Assembly (NCBI GenBank): GCA_020853845.1
Contig: JADYYD010000321.1
Span: 1 to 31,588, forward strand
Origin: Candidatus Melainabacteria bacterium
GTDB lineage: Bacteria > Cyanobacteriota > Vampirovibrionia > Obscuribacterales > Obscuribacteraceae
Direction: 5' to 3'
Length of the DNA: 31,588 nucleotides
Shown here piece by piece: positions 1-7,373 of the stretch (positions within the stretch are counted from its first letter, which is position 1; every line of letters starts with the position of its first letter). The notes beneath the pieces are model-generated. The model was not told the DNA's origin. It made no database searches and was given only the letters and a program-made list of their open reading frames with translations. Both the position numbers and the translations under genes were made by a program.

Positions 1-74
1 TTGGCGTTTATTCCGGCTTGCAGTGGTATCAGAGTGCCGGCGATGATCGCGAGCAAGAAATTTGCGGTGAACAT
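1..74 (-). CDS. N-terminal fragment of a DUF606/YdcZ-like inner-membrane protein (the gene runs off the window start)
   Basis: The reverse complement of 1..74 translates to MFTANFLLAIIAGTLIPLQAGINA from an ATG at 72-74. This resembles the conserved N-terminus of YdcZ/DUF606 transporters (LLAxIAGxLxPLQAxIN). A GAGGT SD-like sequence lies 6 nt upstream on the minus strand. Only 24 codons are visible. Confidence 0.4.
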   Translation of the reverse strand, partial: MFTANFLLAIIAGTLIPLQAGINA

Positions 75-428
75 ATTGAACCTCAACCGTTCCTTTTAAA
101 CAGATTCTAGCCTTCCTTATTTATAGATATAGGCGCGGCATCGCAGAATGGTGCTCCGCGCGCTCTTGCTGGTTGTTTAAGTTATGTTGCGGGGCAAAAT
201 CAGCCTTCTGAATGCAATGCGACCTTAATTGCCAAAAGGCTTTATCGCTGTGTTTTCAACCCTTTATTGAGTTTGAAGTCATTCAAAAGTGTCTTTTCCG
301 GCACTTTTTGTCACTTTATTGCAACTGATTCTCATTTCTTGCTGGCGGCGCCGACAACTTTTGCAAGCCTGGTTGCGACAATAAGCGCCGCTTATCCCTT
401 GTAAACGCCACAGGTTGACGTTCGCCGC

Positions 429-460
429 TTTACCGCATGGCGGAGACCTGTGAGAATGCA
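429..460 (+). promoter_or_regulatory. Candidate sigma70-type promoter for the cargo/encapsulin operon
   Basis: TTTACC, then about 17 nt, then TGTGAGAAT (an extended -10-like TGn plus GAGAAT) roughly 25 nt upstream of the GTG start at 484. This is pattern match only. Confidence 0.15.
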
Positions 461-483
461 GTAACCGTCATGAGAGAACAACC

Positions 484-1071
484 GTGGCTACACCACTCGC
501 CGAAATCCTTCATAACATTGCCGATCACACAGAGACCATTCTCAATGTGATCAATGATCCGAACATCCCTGGGGACGTTTCGCAGCGATTGTTTTCCCAC
601 ATCCTTTTAGAGGAAAAGGAAAACACCGCCAAGCTGGAAGAAATTCACGGCGCAGGCCCGACGCTGCTTACGCAAAAACTTCTTGACCACAGCTTCTTCA
701 TTCAACGCATGCTCCAAGAGCAAGCGATGTCCATTGATCTGAAGCGTGAATTGCTCGATCACTTCATGGAAGAACACCTCGAGTGGCGTGCAGAACTTCT
801 GGGACCGGACGCGCCCCCTCATGGTGGTGGCAAACCAGGGGTGGTATCAAATTTTGGAACGCACCAGGCTCGCCCTGCCGGACAAGGCGGTGGCAGAAGT
901 CATGGCGGGCAGAGTGCCAGTGGCGTTCACGGCGGGCACTCATCAGGCTATACGAATGATTCGAGTAAAACCGGTGACTCCGGTCGTTCCGAACAAAAAG
1001 GAAAACCCGGCACCGCTGGTGCTATCAAAAAAGAATGGACTGTTGGACCACTATGGTCGCAAGGAGGCTAA
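484..1071 (+). CDS. Encapsulin cargo candidate: His/Glu-rich helical domain (ferritin-like or hemerythrin-like), a Gly/His-rich disordered linker, and a C-terminal targeting-peptide-like motif
   Basis: GTG start. An N-terminal domain of about 105 aa carries HxxxE, ExxH and EEH motifs (FSHILLEE, LEEIHG, DHFMEEHLEW). It is followed by an ~85-aa Gly/Ser/His-rich low-complexity linker (HGGGK, RSHGGQ, GVHGGHSSG). The C-terminus reads KKEWTVGPLWSQGG, which resembles family-1 encapsulin targeting peptides of the TVGSL type. The stop codon lies 2 nt before the shell gene. Confidence 0.55.
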   Translation: MATPLAEILHNIADHTETILNVINDPNIPGDVSQRLFSHILLEEKENTAKLEEIHGAGPTLLTQKLLDHSFFIQRMLQEQAMSIDLKRELLDHFMEEHLEWRAELLGPDAPPHGGGKPGVVSNFGTHQARPAGQGGGRSHGGQSASGVHGGHSSGYTNDSSKTGDSGRSEQKGKPGTAGAIKKEWTVGPLWSQGG

Positions 1072-1073
1072 CT

Positions 1074-1931
1074 GTGTGGAAGATGCACCAAAAGCTGTCT
1101 GAACTGCCTCTGACGAACGAACAAGCGTCAGACATGATTCAAGCAGCCGCTCAAGAAGTTCGGCGGACTGTTGTTGGTCGCCGATTGATAGCGCTCTTCG
1201 GACCGCTCGGCGCCGGGGTGGAAAGCGTGCCGCTTGAAACCATCAAAGATGACGAACCTGCTGAAGTGGATCTCGAAGGCAGACCTGATACCAATCCGAT
1301 CGGAACACATGAGAAAGAAACTTATGTGCGTGTCCCGCTTCTGTACAAAGATTTTTGGCTGCACTGGCGTGATGTGAAGTGGAGTCAAGACATGCATGCT
1401 CCGATCGATATCACCAATGCTGTTCGCGCCGCTCACCAGGTTGGCGATGCCGAAGACGACCTCATCTTCAACGGTTCGAAATCGCTCGGTATCAACGGAC
1501 TTCTCAACTATCCTGGATCTCAAAAAATCCAAGGCGGTGATTGGAAAGTTCCGAATGAGCCTGTAAAAGACGTTTATGCCGCCATCGCTAAATTGATCGC
1601 AGCGCACCACCATTTTCCATACGCGCTGGTTTGCTCGTTGGACATGTATGAAACGTTGCTCAAGCCGGTGAAAGAATCACCAGCTCTCGAACTCGATCAG
1701 TTGAGCAAGCTTTGCCTGGATGGAATTCACTGGAGCCCGATGATCGAAAAAGGAACGGCTGCTGTAATTTCGACCGGCGCGCAGAACTTCGATATCGCTG
1801 TGGCAGAAGATTTGCAGATCGCATATCTCGGACCCAGCGACATGAACTATCGCTTCCGTGTATACGAATCACTGGTGCTTCGTGTTAAACGCCCGACGGC
1901 TGTTTGTGTGATTAAGTCGAAGAGCAGCTAG
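1074..1931 (+). CDS. Family-1 encapsulin shell protein (HK97-fold, linocin M18-like)
   Basis: The translation aligns by eye with T. maritima and M. xanthus encapsulins: PLTNEQ...IQAAAQEVRRTVVGRRLI, then FNGSKSLGINGLLNYPG, then YALVCSLDMYETLL, then the C-terminal AYLGPSDMNYRFRVYESLVLRVKRP. AGGAGG at 1062-1067 sits 6 nt from the GTG at 1074. An in-frame ATG at 1083 is an alternative start. The track ORF at 1035 starts too far upstream. Confidence 0.85.
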   Translation: MWKMHQKLSELPLTNEQASDMIQAAAQEVRRTVVGRRLIALFGPLGAGVESVPLETIKDDEPAEVDLEGRPDTNPIGTHEKETYVRVPLLYKDFWLHWRDVKWSQDMHAPIDITNAVRAAHQVGDAEDDLIFNGSKSLGINGLLNYPGSQKIQGGDWKVPNEPVKDVYAAIAKLIAAHHHFPYALVCSLDMYETLLKPVKESPALELDQLSKLCLDGIHWSPMIEKGTAAVISTGAQNFDIAVAEDLQIAYLGPSDMNYRFRVYESLVLRVKRPTAVCVIKSKSS

Positions 1932-1955
1932 AGCGACACCTTGAATTAGAAGAGT

Positions 1956-1996
1956 AAGAGTGAGTGTCTCGAAAGGCATTCACTCTTTTCTCTTTC
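1956..1996. terminator. Hairpin terminator between convergent genes
   Basis: aagagtgagtg (1956-1966) pairs with cattcactctt (1977-1987), 11 bp with one G-U pair and a 10-nt loop, followed by ttctctttc. It sits between the encapsulin stop (1931) and the stop of the minus-strand gene at 2010. Confidence 0.5.
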
Positions 1997-2009
1997 AACT
2001 TGCTGAACA

Positions 2010-2465
2010 CTAAGCGCCCGGCTTTTCATCAGCTTTCACGGCTGGTTTAGCTTTCGGCTTGGCGGCGGGTTTTACCGCCGGTTTCGCAACCGGTTTTACA
2101 GGCGCCTTTGCTGCCGGCTTAGCGGCAGGTTTTACCTCAGGCTTCGCATCAGGCTTTGCAGCAGATTTCGCATCGGGCTTTGCAGCAGATTTCGCCGTGG
2201 ATTTTGCAGGTGCGGTCGTAGCTTTCGATTCTGGTTTATTTTTCGATGCATGCTTATTCTTCGTCGCATGCGCGTTTTTATCGCCTGCTTTAGCAGGCGT
2301 GATTACCGGTGTTTTAGCCTTGCCAGCATCCTCTGCTTTGTGCACCACCGGCGGCAGCTTGGGATTAATCACAAGAACGTGCCTGCTGTGAAATCCGGCT
2401 GCGTATGACATCAAGAACGTGTCAATCACCAGTAAAGTCGAAATGAAAATTCCTTTGGCTTTCAT
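2010..2465 (-). CDS. Secreted protein with a C-terminal lysine/proline/alanine-rich tandem-repeat tail (AlgP/histone-H1-like)
   Basis: N-terminal signal peptide (MKAKGIFISTLLVIDTFLMSYAAGF). The remainder is dominated by repeated KPAAKP, AKPDAKS and VKPAAK units. The start codon is 2 nt downstream of the stop of the upstream minus-strand gene. Confidence 0.55.
   Translation of the reverse strand: MKAKGIFISTLLVIDTFLMSYAAGFHSRHVLVINPKLPPVVHKAEDAGKAKTPVITPAKAGDKNAHATKNKHASKNKPESKATTAPAKSTAKSAAKPDAKSAAKPDAKPEVKPAAKPAAKAPVKPVAKPAVKPAAKPKAKPAVKADEKPGA
2040..2240. repeat. Imperfect tandem DNA repeats encoding the KPA-rich tail
   Basis: Near-identical 30-nt units, e.g. ggctttgcagcagatttcgca(t/c)cg x2 at about 2148-2205, plus related gccggtttt and gcaggtttt units. 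Confidence 0.6.
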
Positions 2466-2467
2466 GA

Positions 2468-3106
2468 TTACTTAGCTGTGAAATGTTCGGTGTCGTTGAA
2501 GTCTTCGCTTTCATTCGCGTTGCGCTTGTACGTCACGAGCACGTCTGAAGCTTTGAATTCGTCTTGAACGTGAGGGCCCTTAACCAATTGCAGAGTGAGG
2601 ATCGAAGTCGGGTCGCCATCATGCTTGTTGTATTGGTCGCCGAGTGCTTTCGCCTCGAAGGTGATGGCATTGTCTCCGCTTTTTACATAGCGAGAGACAT
2701 CCACGTTTTTGCCGGGACCAAAAAAACTGTCGACCGCGTTGCCGTTTACTTTGGCGGTAATCGAATAGCCGATGTATTCTTCTCCGCTCGAAGTGATCCA
2801 GTATTTGGTCTTCCCGGTTTTTGCCGGTGCTGCCGAGACTGGTTCGGATGCTTTTGGCTCAGTCACAGTTTTTACAGGAGCGGGAGTGACGGGCGTGGGA
2901 GCGGCTGAAACAGCGGCCGGTGAAAGAGCGTTGGCGGTGCCCGGCGGTACTTCCTGAATGGGCGCCAGTCTTTCGTGCAGACCCCAGAAGTAGCCTCCGA
3001 ACCCTGCTCCTGCCAAAAGCAAGGTCAGGATAACAAGGTCAAGAACCGCTTTTACAAGCTCCTGTCCCTTCTTTTTTGCCGCTTGCATCACTGGCTGTTG
3101 CGACAT
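2468..3106 (-). CDS. Single-pass membrane-anchored protein with a Pro/Ala-rich linker and a C-terminal globular domain of unknown function
   Basis: N-terminal Lys-rich cytoplasmic stretch, then one TM helix (LVILTLLLAGAGFGGYFWGL), a PAAVSAAPTPVTPAPV linker, and a ~110-aa C-terminal domain. GAGGGGG SD 5 nt upstream of the ATG at 3106. Confidence 0.55.
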   Translation of the reverse strand: MSQQPVMQAAKKKGQELVKAVLDLVILTLLLAGAGFGGYFWGLHERLAPIQEVPPGTANALSPAAVSAAPTPVTPAPVKTVTEPKASEPVSAAPAKTGKTKYWITSSGEEYIGYSITAKVNGNAVDSFFGPGKNVDVSRYVKSGDNAITFEAKALGDQYNKHDGDPTSILTLQLVKGPHVQDEFKASDVLVTYKRNANESEDFNDTEHFTAK

Positions 3107-3337
3107 CTTTCCCCCTCGGAATCAATCTTTCCTTAAGTTTTCCATGGTCTCGGCGCGAGGCCTTAAGAGTAATACTACCCGTATGATGATGGGAAGAAAC
3201 GGGATAAATGGGCCGTCGATAACAGGAAAAACCCTGGTTATGAATCTCTAGAGCCTGGGAAAATGGGTGTTTAGGCTGGATTTTGCATTTTTCAGTGAGG
3301 GTGGAAACCGATTATTAGGACAAAATGTAGAACACTG

Positions 3338-5044
3338 GTGCGCAGCGTTTTTACGACGGCAGTCCTGTTTTCGGTGGTGACTGTCTCATTTTCGAGCATT
3401 GTTATCGGCTTGCCGGCGCCGGCGGCCAGCTATCAGTCGGAAAGCGCCGCTTATAAGTATTATTCCGAAGGCGATGAATTGTACAAGCGCGGTGCTTATG
3501 CGGAAGCCGCCACCGCGCTGGCGCAGGCATGCTCATATGATCCGACCACCTATTCCAGCCGAATCCATCTGAATCTGGCGCAATGTTATCAGCAGTTGAA
3601 GCGATACGACGATTCGATAAAGCAGGCGAAGTTGGCGCAAAAATTCGACCCGTCCGATTCGTTCGCGTTTTACCTAATGGCTCTGGCATACTCCGAACTC
3701 AAGCGCGACGACCTTTGCATTGCCAATCTTCAGCGCTATATAAAGTCTCCCAATGCGATCTATGTCAGTGAAGCCAGGGAGCTGATGCAGCGCATGAAGA
3801 TCTACGGCTGCACGAAAGACGGCTGCGACAGAATGGCCAAAGGGCGTTTTCGTGAGGCGATAAAATTATTCGAAATTGCCGCGACTGAAGATCCATCTTC
3901 CAATTCGGGCTGTATCCACGGAAATCTCTGCTACGCGTATCGGATGATTGGCAATTCCTCACGCGCAGTTTCCGAAGGCAAAAAGGCGCTAACCTTCGAT
4001 CCGAATGATGCGGGAGTGGTCTACAACATTGCCATCGCCTATCAAGATCAAGCGAAGTTCGACGACTCGATTTCGTACTTGCGCCGCTATTTGACGATGG
4101 AAAGCGATGGCAATCGTCGCACTCAAGCCGAGCAACTGATATCAGAACTTCTCGAGGACAGGAAAAAACTCAAAAGTGCCGACAATAAGCTGCCCGACTA
4201 CATGGACGTGCAAAAGAGAAACGGACGCACTTGGACATTTTCGAGCGCGCGAATGCCGCTCAAAGTTTATATGCACCCAGGCACCAATGTTTCCGGCTAC
4301 AAGTCAATCTATCGCAGTTTCGTTTTGAAAGCGCTCGACACATGGTGCCAGGCATCCGGCAAGAAGGTCAATTACAAGCTGGCCAAAACTCGTGATAGCG
4401 CAGATATCGTGGTGCGTTGGACACCAAATGCGCTGGCCGCGGAATCGGAATCAAGAGTGGTATCAGGCTTGACCACACCGCAATCAGATGGTGAGGACTA
4501 CAGCATGCTGGTCGAGCTTCGCACAACTGATGCTTTTACTCCCGGCGCTTTTGTCAAAGACGGCGAAATGGGCTCTGTGACTATGCATGAAATCGGTCAT
4601 GCTCTCGGGCTGGATCATTCGAATTACATTTACGACGTGATGTATTTCCGCTCGTCGTCCATGCAAGATGGGATGCCCAGCAAGCGCGATAAAGCGACTC
4701 TCGCCAAACTTTATCAAGATCATCCTGTTATCGCCTTTACCGTCAATCCTGATTCCACGCCAAAAGGTCCGCCAATCGTTTTCTTGCCGCCTCCTACTTT
4801 TGCTCCGCCTAAATTGCCGGACAACAGCAAGATTTTGCCACCGATGTTTACTCCGCCTCCGCTAAAGGAAAAACTCCCTCCGCCGCCGATGTTCACACCG
4901 CCTCCGGTGAAGAAAACGGTGCCACCAAATGCGATTCCAACCTTTATGCCGCCTCCAGTCAAGAAGTCTCCTCGCAATTCGAGCGGAAGCGGTTCATCCG
5001 GCGGCAGTCCCTCGCCGTTTTTTATGCCGCCACCGGTGAAGTAA
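3338..5044 (+). CDS. Secreted TPR-repeat protein fused to a matrixin/metzincin-type zinc metalloprotease domain, with a proline-rich repeat tail
   Basis: Signal peptide, then TPR-like repeats (AEAATALAQA..., AKFDDSISYLRRYL), then HEIGHALGLDHS (HExxHxxGxxH) followed by a Met-turn VMY. The C-terminal repeats are PPMFTPPP(L/V)K and FMPPPVK. GTG start. Confidence 0.75.
   Translation: MRSVFTTAVLFSVVTVSFSSIVIGLPAPAASYQSESAAYKYYSEGDELYKRGAYAEAATALAQACSYDPTTYSSRIHLNLAQCYQQLKRYDDSIKQAKLAQKFDPSDSFAFYLMALAYSELKRDDLCIANLQRYIKSPNAIYVSEARELMQRMKIYGCTKDGCDRMAKGRFREAIKLFEIAATEDPSSNSGCIHGNLCYAYRMIGNSSRAVSEGKKALTFDPNDAGVVYNIAIAYQDQAKFDDSISYLRRYLTMESDGNRRTQAEQLISELLEDRKKLKSADNKLPDYMDVQKRNGRTWTFSSARMPLKVYMHPGTNVSGYKSIYRSFVLKALDTWCQASGKKVNYKLAKTRDSADIVVRWTPNALAAESESRVVSGLTTPQSDGEDYSMLVELRTTDAFTPGAFVKDGEMGSVTMHEIGHALGLDHSNYIYDVMYFRSSSMQDGMPSKRDKATLAKLYQDHPVIAFTVNPDSTPKGPPIVFLPPPTFAPPKLPDNSKILPPMFTPPPLKEKLPPPPMFTPPPVKKTVPPNAIPTFMPPPVKKSPRNSSGSGSSGGSPSPFFMPPPVK
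4780..5041. repeat. Proline-codon-rich tandem repeats encoding P-P-M-F-T-P-P-P-V-K units
   Basis: Repeated ccgcc(g/t)atgtt(c/t)ac(a/t)ccgcctccg(g/c)t(g/a)aag units are visible in the sequence. Confidence 0.5.
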
Positions 5045-5089
5045 GCGGTAAAATATCCACTGCGGGAAATCAGACAGGGCATTTTGAGC

Positions 5090-6442
5090 ATGAAAATCAA
5101 GACGAAGCGCAGTCATTCACGAGCAAATGCGCCAATTCTCATGGCGATATTTTCAGCATTCGTGATGTTTGCTATGACCGTAAACCCGCAGGCTGTTTAT
5201 GCGCAAATGGAGACCGGCTCCGGTGAGTCCGGCGCCGTCGCCGGCTTAGAGCAGAACTCGAATGAACCAGATGAAGCTTTCTCGCCGGAAGATGCGGATC
5301 TCAGTGCTCCTCTTTCCGGCGGTCCGACGGCACGGGCAAAGCTTTCGGATCTGGACGGGATAATGGAGCAAATCCTGCAGCAGTATTATGTCCCTGGCGG
5401 ATCTTTGAGTGTGGCTCGCAATGGAAAACTGATTTATGCCAAGGGTTTTGGTGTCGCCAACCTGCGCACCCGCGAGCCGGTTACGCCAAATACTTTGTTC
5501 AATCTTGCAAGCTGCACTAAAGCAATATCGACGTTTGGTGTAATGCGCTTGGTCGAATCCGGCCGTCTTCGGCTGGATGACCGGATGTACGATGTGATCG
5601 GTCGTCCGAATTTGGTGCGGGGAATGAGAGCGGATCCGCTCGTTGCTCAAATCACAATCAGACAGTTGTTGCATCATTCAGGCGGATGGAACGACAGTTC
5701 TGGTTTTGCCAAAGCCGGACGGGAAGTGCAAAGATTGGCTCCCAATGGGCTTCCTTATTCCGAAGCTGTTCGCGTGCTGCTTGCCACACCGCTGGATTAT
5801 GCTCCCGGCACCGACGCCAAGTATGCCAATGGGCAATGGAATCTAATCAAGTATGTAATCGAGTGCGCGGCTCAAAAACCTTACGGGCAGTATTTGCAAG
5901 AACAGTTGGCTTCGATTGGCATTCGAGACATGTGTGAAGAGTCGCGCGGTGTGATACCCGGACAAGCTTCACGATATGGCGGATTTCCGCCGCACATTAT
6001 CACAGGCGGTCAGAGAACGGTTCCTTTGATGCCTGATTTCGGCAATTGGATGGCCTCCTCAGTTGATATGGTCAAGTTTTTGACTGCGATAGATGGGACA
6101 AGAATGCCGGGCATCTGCCAAAATTCCTTCGATCAAATGGTGGCACCACTGCCGCCACCAATGAAGAATAATCCAAATGGCAGCCACTTCGGACTTGGTT
6201 TGGATTCTGTTCGCGTAACAGCGGACGGCATCACTTACAGCAAAAATGGTGGCAAGCCTGGTGTTCATTGTCAAATCATGCACTTGCCCAACAACACTGA
6301 TTTCTGTTTGATGCTGAACGGCGGTTCCGCTCCGGACGGCGGTTCCGGAAATCCCATGGGCCCTGCTGTTAAAGCGATACGGAACACACTGAATAATGTC
6401 AGTGAATGGCCGCGCATCGATCTGTTTGCAGATTATCCATGA
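5090..6442 (+). CDS. Secreted beta-lactamase/PBP-family serine hydrolase (class C-like; esterase or DD-peptidase)
   Basis: Signal peptide (AMTVNPQAVYAQ). SxxK active-site motif ASCTKA in the expected N-terminal position, with general beta-lactamase-family similarity (LIYAKGFGVANL..., LLHHSGGW). I take the ATG at 5090 as start; the track has TTG at 5084. Confidence 0.7.
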   Translation: MKIKTKRSHSRANAPILMAIFSAFVMFAMTVNPQAVYAQMETGSGESGAVAGLEQNSNEPDEAFSPEDADLSAPLSGGPTARAKLSDLDGIMEQILQQYYVPGGSLSVARNGKLIYAKGFGVANLRTREPVTPNTLFNLASCTKAISTFGVMRLVESGRLRLDDRMYDVIGRPNLVRGMRADPLVAQITIRQLLHHSGGWNDSSGFAKAGREVQRLAPNGLPYSEAVRVLLATPLDYAPGTDAKYANGQWNLIKYVIECAAQKPYGQYLQEQLASIGIRDMCEESRGVIPGQASRYGGFPPHIITGGQRTVPLMPDFGNWMASSVDMVKFLTAIDGTRMPGICQNSFDQMVAPLPPPMKNNPNGSHFGLGLDSVRVTADGITYSKNGGKPGVHCQIMHLPNNTDFCLMLNGGSAPDGGSGNPMGPAVKAIRNTLNNVSEWPRIDLFADYP

Positions 6443-6444
6443 GC

Positions 6445-7317
6445 TCAGTTTTCGTTTTCGCTGAGCAACACTGACGTAACGTCGGCAAGATGCCTATGCA
6501 AGAGAAAGTGACCGCTATTTTCGAGCAGGAAGTATTTTCGCTTCGGCAAGCGTGCCGCTAATTTGTCGCCCGCTTTTTTAGGACAGAGATGGTCGTCCAG
6601 ACCTTGCCACAGGTGCACTTCGGTTGTGATGTCCTCGACCCTGAAGCCCCAAGGTTTTCTAAGAGCCAGGTAGTCGTCCAGCGAGCCTTCAAATCCCTGA
6701 CGAAGCGCTTCGAATGCAAAATCCGTGGCTTCATTGAGGGAGAGCGCGTCGCAAACCTCATAGTCAGGACCGGCTTTTACCGCGCGCAAAAGCTCTTTTT
6801 TCATTTGCTGTGGTGTCATAAATTTATACAGATTTCCTGCCGGACTCAGAAGTTGCAGGAACGGTTCAGGCCAGCTCAGCAGAATGCGATCTTCCATGAG
6901 ACCAAGCTCGTTGATTGCGCCATCGTAGTCCATGGGACCGACACCACCAACGGTGCCGAGCTTTCCGACTTTGCCGCTGAGAAGGGCAGCGCACGCAAGT
7001 GCATAAGGTCCACCAAGGGACCAACCGAGAACGGGCGGTTTCTTTAGATCCAGAGCTGCAATCAACGCGGAAGCATCACTTGCCCAGTCCGTCAGCGTTC
7101 TGCCCGGCAATCTGTCGGAAAGACCTATGCCGGGGCGATCCGGCGCGATTAAACTGATGTTGAGGTCGCTCAACTGTTTATCGGCAAATTCAATATCCAG
7201 GCGGCTCGATAATCCACCGTGAAAATAGAGCAGCGCGCGCCCATTCGGATCTCCAAAAGTTGAATATCCGAGCTTTCTTCCATCTGCCAGTTTTATCGAG
7301 TTGTCCGTTCTGGGCAT
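6445..7317 (-). CDS. Alpha/beta-fold hydrolase
   Basis: HGG oxyanion motif (LLYFHGGLSS) and nucleophile elbow GWSLGG (GxSxG), with a late HxxH. Confidence 0.7.
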   Translation of the reverse strand: MPRTDNSIKLADGRKLGYSTFGDPNGRALLYFHGGLSSRLDIEFADKQLSDLNISLIAPDRPGIGLSDRLPGRTLTDWASDASALIAALDLKKPPVLGWSLGGPYALACAALLSGKVGKLGTVGGVGPMDYDGAINELGLMEDRILLSWPEPFLQLLSPAGNLYKFMTPQQMKKELLRAVKAGPDYEVCDALSLNEATDFAFEALRQGFEGSLDDYLALRKPWGFRVEDITTEVHLWQGLDDHLCPKKAGDKLAARLPKRKYFLLENSGHFLLHRHLADVTSVLLSENEN

Positions 7318-7373
7318 ATCAAAATTCCGAGAGCTTCAATGCGCGAACGACAGATGTTATATTACGACTTCGC

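Noticed and set aside
1128-1613. 161-aa minus-strand ORF inside the encapsulin gene
   Set aside because: It is antisense to a CDS with clear family similarity. It has no RBS and its composition is typical of a shadow ORF.
2059-2391. 110-aa plus-strand ORF (AAGF/ASGF repeats)
   Set aside because: It is the antisense reading of the KPA-repeat DNA. The repeat structure keeps both strands open, and the minus-strand frame has the signal peptide and the coupled start.
7260-7373. Track start of the 7260..8549 ORF, overlapping the convergent hydrolase gene by 58 nt
   Set aside because: The in-frame ATG at 7374 gives a proper signal peptide and removes the overlap. The upstream extension encodes an implausible leader.
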